The notes under the pieces are model-generated. The model saw only the letters and a program-made list of their open reading frames with translations, did no database searches and was not told the origin of the DNA. A stretch of DNA of 64,000 nucleotides from Neocallimastix sp. 'constans' (lineage: Eukaryota), in NCBI GenBank assembly GCA_050613775.1, contig JBODTK010000106.1, forward strand, positions 186,001 through 250,000, in the 5' to 3' direction. The translations under genes and the position numbers were made by a program. Below, piece by piece: positions 59,270-64,000 of this stretch (the first letter of the stretch is position 1; each line of letters begins with the position of its first letter).

Positions 59270-62200
59270 TTATTTATAACCAAGAGTAGAAGATAATGAA
59301 AATGGTGGTATTTGAGTCTTCTTTTTTGAAGAACTATTATTTGAAGAATTACTCATATTGTTATTTAAAGAAGATGAAGTAACATTATACCATTTTCTAT
59401 CCAAAGTTTCTGATTCAAATCCATTATTTTCAATTTGATCACGACGTCTTTGTTGTAGAAGTTGTTCCTCTGGATCACAAGAAAGTTGTCTTTGAGGTAT
59501 AACTAATCCTTCAGGAAGTTCATCTTTAAGATCCATAACTAAAAACAAAATTAAAAAAATAAAAATAAAAATAAAAATAAAAATTAAATAAAAATTAAAT
59601 AAAATAAAAATTAAAATAAAATAAAAATTAAAATAAAATAAAAATTAAAATTAAATAAAAATTAAAATAAAATAAAAATTAATTAATAATTTATAATAAT
59701 ATCAACAAACAATTATAAAATTTTTAAAAAAATATAATTATAATTAAAAATAACTATCAATTTATAATATTTTTTTATTTATTATATATATCTATAACTT
59801 TTATATATATTATATTTACCTCTTGAAGATGGAGGTGGTGGATAATTCATTCTTGGTCTTATGGATACTGCTGGATTATATCTATTTTGAGGGGTATTTC
59901 TATATAAATCTTGTCTTGGTGGAATATTACGAACACCAGGTCTTAATCCATTTCCTGCATAATTTGGACGAGGACCTCTATATTGATTAGCTGATGGAGT
60001 ATTATTCATTGAATAATCAGTTCTTACTGGTCTTCCAAAATCTTCTTTAACATATTCATCTCTATCAGCTGAAGTAGTATTACTTCTCATAGGTCTTTCC
60101 ATATCGTAGGGATCAGCCTTTTTTGCTGAAGCAGCAGTATTACTTCTCAAAGGTGGTTCATCTTTATCTTCAATTCCTGGTCTTCCTCTTAAAGGTGAAT
60201 TAACTCTTTCTGGTGGTGGATGACGTCCCATAGGTGAGTTTACTCTTTCAGGTGGTGAATTACGTCTCATAGGTGAATTAACTCTTTCGGGTGGTGGATT
60301 ACGTCCCATAGGTGAATTAATTCTTTCGGGTGGTGGGTAACGTCCCATAGGTGAATTAACTCTATCTGGAAGTTGATGTCCTATTGGTGTATTAACTCTT
60401 TCTGGAGATCTATTATGCATTTTTTGTAAATCTCCTTTACTTTGGGATCTATCCCTACTTCTTGATCTACCTCTTGATCTATCTCTTGATCTATCTCTTG
60501 ATCTATCTCTTGATCTATCTCTTGACCTATCTCTTCCTGGAGAGCCATTTCTTGAATGCATTGGTGAATCCGCTCTTAAATGATTTGGTGAATTTGTTCT
60601 TCCATGAGGAGATAATGATCTACCTCTATGATCATTTGGTCCGAGGTCTTCAATATTAAAATATAATAAATAAAAAAAATAATATAATATAATTTACAAT
60701 AATTAGAACAGAGAAAAAAAAATTTATAAATAAATAAATATTTATAATATATATAATAATATATATAAGAAAATTTGAATATATAATAATAATAATTAAA
60801 AGTATTTATAATTGTACATTTTAAAATAAATAACGAAAATAAAAATAAATATATAAATCAATAAATATATAATTACTTGAATTATCGGTAGAATTACTTA
60901 AATGATTTCTTTTTTCATTATCTGATGCATCATCATTATTTCTATCAAGAGAGGGATCTCGGGTTGGAGTTTTAGGCCTAGCAGATATAGTAGGAATTAC
61001 TTTACTTGGATCGTTCGGTATTATATCTTCATCTTCATCTTCATACTTATCTTCTCTATATTCATCACTATTTAAAATATCATCCAATGGTGAAGTTATT
61101 GCATTAATATCTTCATCTTCATTATCAGCATTTGTTATCTTAATAGATGGTGATAATGCATTTCTATCATTTGAAATAACATCTAAATTTGTTTGTAAAT
61201 ATAATGCTTTATTGTTTTTAGCGGATGCACTTCTTGGAGGATTATCATCATAAGCATTATTTTTAACGAATGCACTTCTTGGAGGATTATCATCATAAAC
61301 ATTATTTTTAACGGATGCACTTCTTGGAGGATTATCATCATAAACATTATTTTTAACGGATGCACTTCTTGGAGGATTATCATCATAAACATTATTTTTA
61401 ACGGATGCACTTCTTGGAGGATTATCATCATAAACATTTTTAACGGATGCACTTCTTGGAGGATTATCATTATAAGCATTATTTTTTACAGATACACTTC
61501 TTGGAGGATTATCACCATAAACATTATTTTTAACAGATGCACTTCTTGGAGGATTATCATCATAAGATATTCCTAGATTTGGTGCATTATCTTTTTTGAC
61601 AGAGGCATCTCTAGGAGGATCCATATTTGAATTATCGGAATATCCTGTTGATTCACCTCTTGGTGGTCTATTAGCATTTAATTTAATATCAGAATCACCT
61701 CTTTGTGGAATATCTGAATTAATATTTGAATTTGAATCAAAATTACTTCTTGGAGATAAAACTGAATCACCACTTGGTGGACTACCATAATTACCTCTTG
61801 GAGGTATCGTATTACCATTTCTTGGTGGAATGTTGGAATTTGGTTTATAAGTATATTCATTTTTTTGTATTGGTTGCTGTATATAATTATTATTTCTTGG
61901 TGGCATTCTTAGAATTAATAATTTTAAAATATATATAAATAGATATAGAGAAAAAATAATATGGAGGAAAAAAAAAAAAAAAAAAAAAAAAGATATATTC
62001 ATAAAGATATGGATATATATAAGCATTGTTTATAATTGCATCATATATAATAATATGTAATAGATAGAGATATTATTTATAATTTTAAATATTATATAAT
62101 AAAACATAATAATATAATAAAGCATTAAAATAAATATTTAGTTTTAATATTTTTTATTACTAATATAATATTAGCAATTAATCTATATTATTAAAATTAA

Positions 62201-62803
62201 ATATATATATTACCTTTGTGGTGGGGGTTGTTGATAATTTCTATTTCCTTGGTTAACTTGAAATTGTCCATCAGTACCACGAAATGGTGTTTGGGATTTT
62301 GAATTTAAACTAAAATTATTTAAATCATCATATTTTGGTTCATGATTTACAGATAATGAATTTGGTGAACCATATGTCTGTGGGCCATGACGAGGTGAAA
62401 TAAATGGTGCAGTGACACTATTTTGTAAATTGTACTGAACAGGTCCATTATGTGGTGAAGTAAATTGGGAAGGTCCATATGTTGGAGAAGAAAATTGGGA
62501 AGGTCCATTAGTTAGTGATGAAAACTGATTTGAAGAATTTGAATATGTAGGTGATATTGGACCATTATGTGGTGAACTATATGGACTTGAATATACTGGG
62601 GCAGATGGACCACGATATGGCGAAGTATATGGACTTGTATTAATTGGTGAAGTAGTATTATGATAAGAGGAATTCATTGGTGATGGATTACCAGGAGGTA
62701 CTATTGGGGGATAATACGATAAACCTCCATTATTATTTCTTATTTTTGGTGAAACGAGTGGAGGGCTTTTATAATTTTGTCTTGGTGGTAGTTGTGGATT
62801 CAT
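59270..62803 (-). CDS. Multi-exon Pro/Arg/Ser/Asn-rich disordered protein with internal tandem repeats, function unknown
   Basis: Four higher-GC coding blocks (~62214-62803, ~60877-61909, ~59819-60650, 59270-59538) bounded by GT/AG. Repeats include DNPPRSASVKNNVY, RSRD and PPERVNSPMGR. Confidence 0.7.
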
Positions 62804-63370
62804 TTTCTTTATTTTTCTCAAATTATTTAATTATTTTAAACAAAAATTTTATTTGTTTAATTTTGTAATAATAGAATAGTTTTTGATATATATATATATA
62901 AATATATTCTATTTAATTCTATCCTTTGTTTTTTTTCTTTTTCTTCTTCTTATATTATAAAATGATTAAATATTAAAAATAATTTTCCTTATTAAATATT
63001 ATATACAAAATTATGATTTACTGAAATTTATTTGATTTTTTTTTTTTTTTTTTAAATTTCGGCTCGATGTCACTTTTCTTAATTATATATATTACATAAC
63101 ATCCTATTCAATTTCTGAATGAAATTGATTAATTTTTTATATTTATAAATATATTATTCTTATGACTAATAATTTTTTATAAATAATAAAAATACTAAAA
63201 AGTTTGACTATATTAATAAAAATATATAAATAATTTTAGAGAATTAGTTATATGCTTTTTTATTTAATTTTATATTTAATATTTTTTTTTTTCATTAATA
63301 TTTTTATAATATTTAAATTTTGATTTTGAACATCATTTTCTTCTATTTCATTTTAAAACAAACAAAAATA

Positions 63371-63403
<33 letters not shown>

Positions 63404-64000
63404 TAAAATAAAATTTAATTCAATTTCATATTATTTAATATTATAATATATATATTATAATAATTATTATGATTATTATGATTATTATTATATTTACTTT
63501 TTGAAAATAATATTTACATTAGTTGATTTATATGTGTGATATTTTTCTTTAATTTAATAAAATTTCAATCTTCTAATCAATAAACCCAAGAATTTATTTT
63601 ATAATATTTTATATTAACAATAAAATTAATTATATAAGATCTACATTTTATAAACTGATTAAAAGAAATATTTTTATTTAATTTGTATAAACTGATTAAA
63701 AGAAATACTTTTATTGAAGTTTTACAATATACAGTTGTTACTTTTTTTCTTAAATATTTATAGTCGATAATATTTAATTTATTAATTTATTATTTACTGA
63801 AATAATAAATAGTCAGTCAATAATACTATTTAAAGTGTATACTAAAATGTAATCAAGTTCATTATCTTTTTTCTATTCTCCTATTACCTTTGAATTGACT
63901 TTATAAAAATAAGAATAAAATATATAAAATATATATATATTAAAAACAAAAATACATACTATATCTTTTATTTAATTTATAAATGATTATTTTTTCATCA

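Overview
This is an extremely AT-rich, intron-rich eukaryotic window. Composition and gene content suggest an anaerobic gut fungus (Neocallimastigomycota); that is my inference. The left half holds host genes: a convergent pair of 7TM-RGS receptor-like paralogs, LSM3, a signal-peptide/Cys-rich/XK-like multi-TM protein with a ~690-bp (AAT)n intron, ARPC4, an intronless Lcp/MpaB-family oxygenase homolog and a ribosomal-L1-domain (UTP30/RSL1D1-like) gene. Positions 33256-51842 form a young LTR-retrotransposon cluster. Two different Ty1/Copia elements sit in the same orientation inside one (AAT)n microsatellite, both with ATAAT target duplications. Both share a PBS matching the anticodon arm (5' half) of tRNA-Lys(CUU) rather than a tRNA 3' end. 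An inverted Ty3/Gypsy chromovirus is nested in the first Copia. It shows a Tf1-type self-priming signature, a tRNA-like A-box/B-box module in its LTR, a 40-bp x9 leader array and an in-frame RT deletion. The right part has a Copia fragment flanked by a 99-bp duplication, two decayed ankyrin-repeat paralogs and a multi-exon repeat-rich disordered protein. Exon boundaries were read by eye and no database searches were run.
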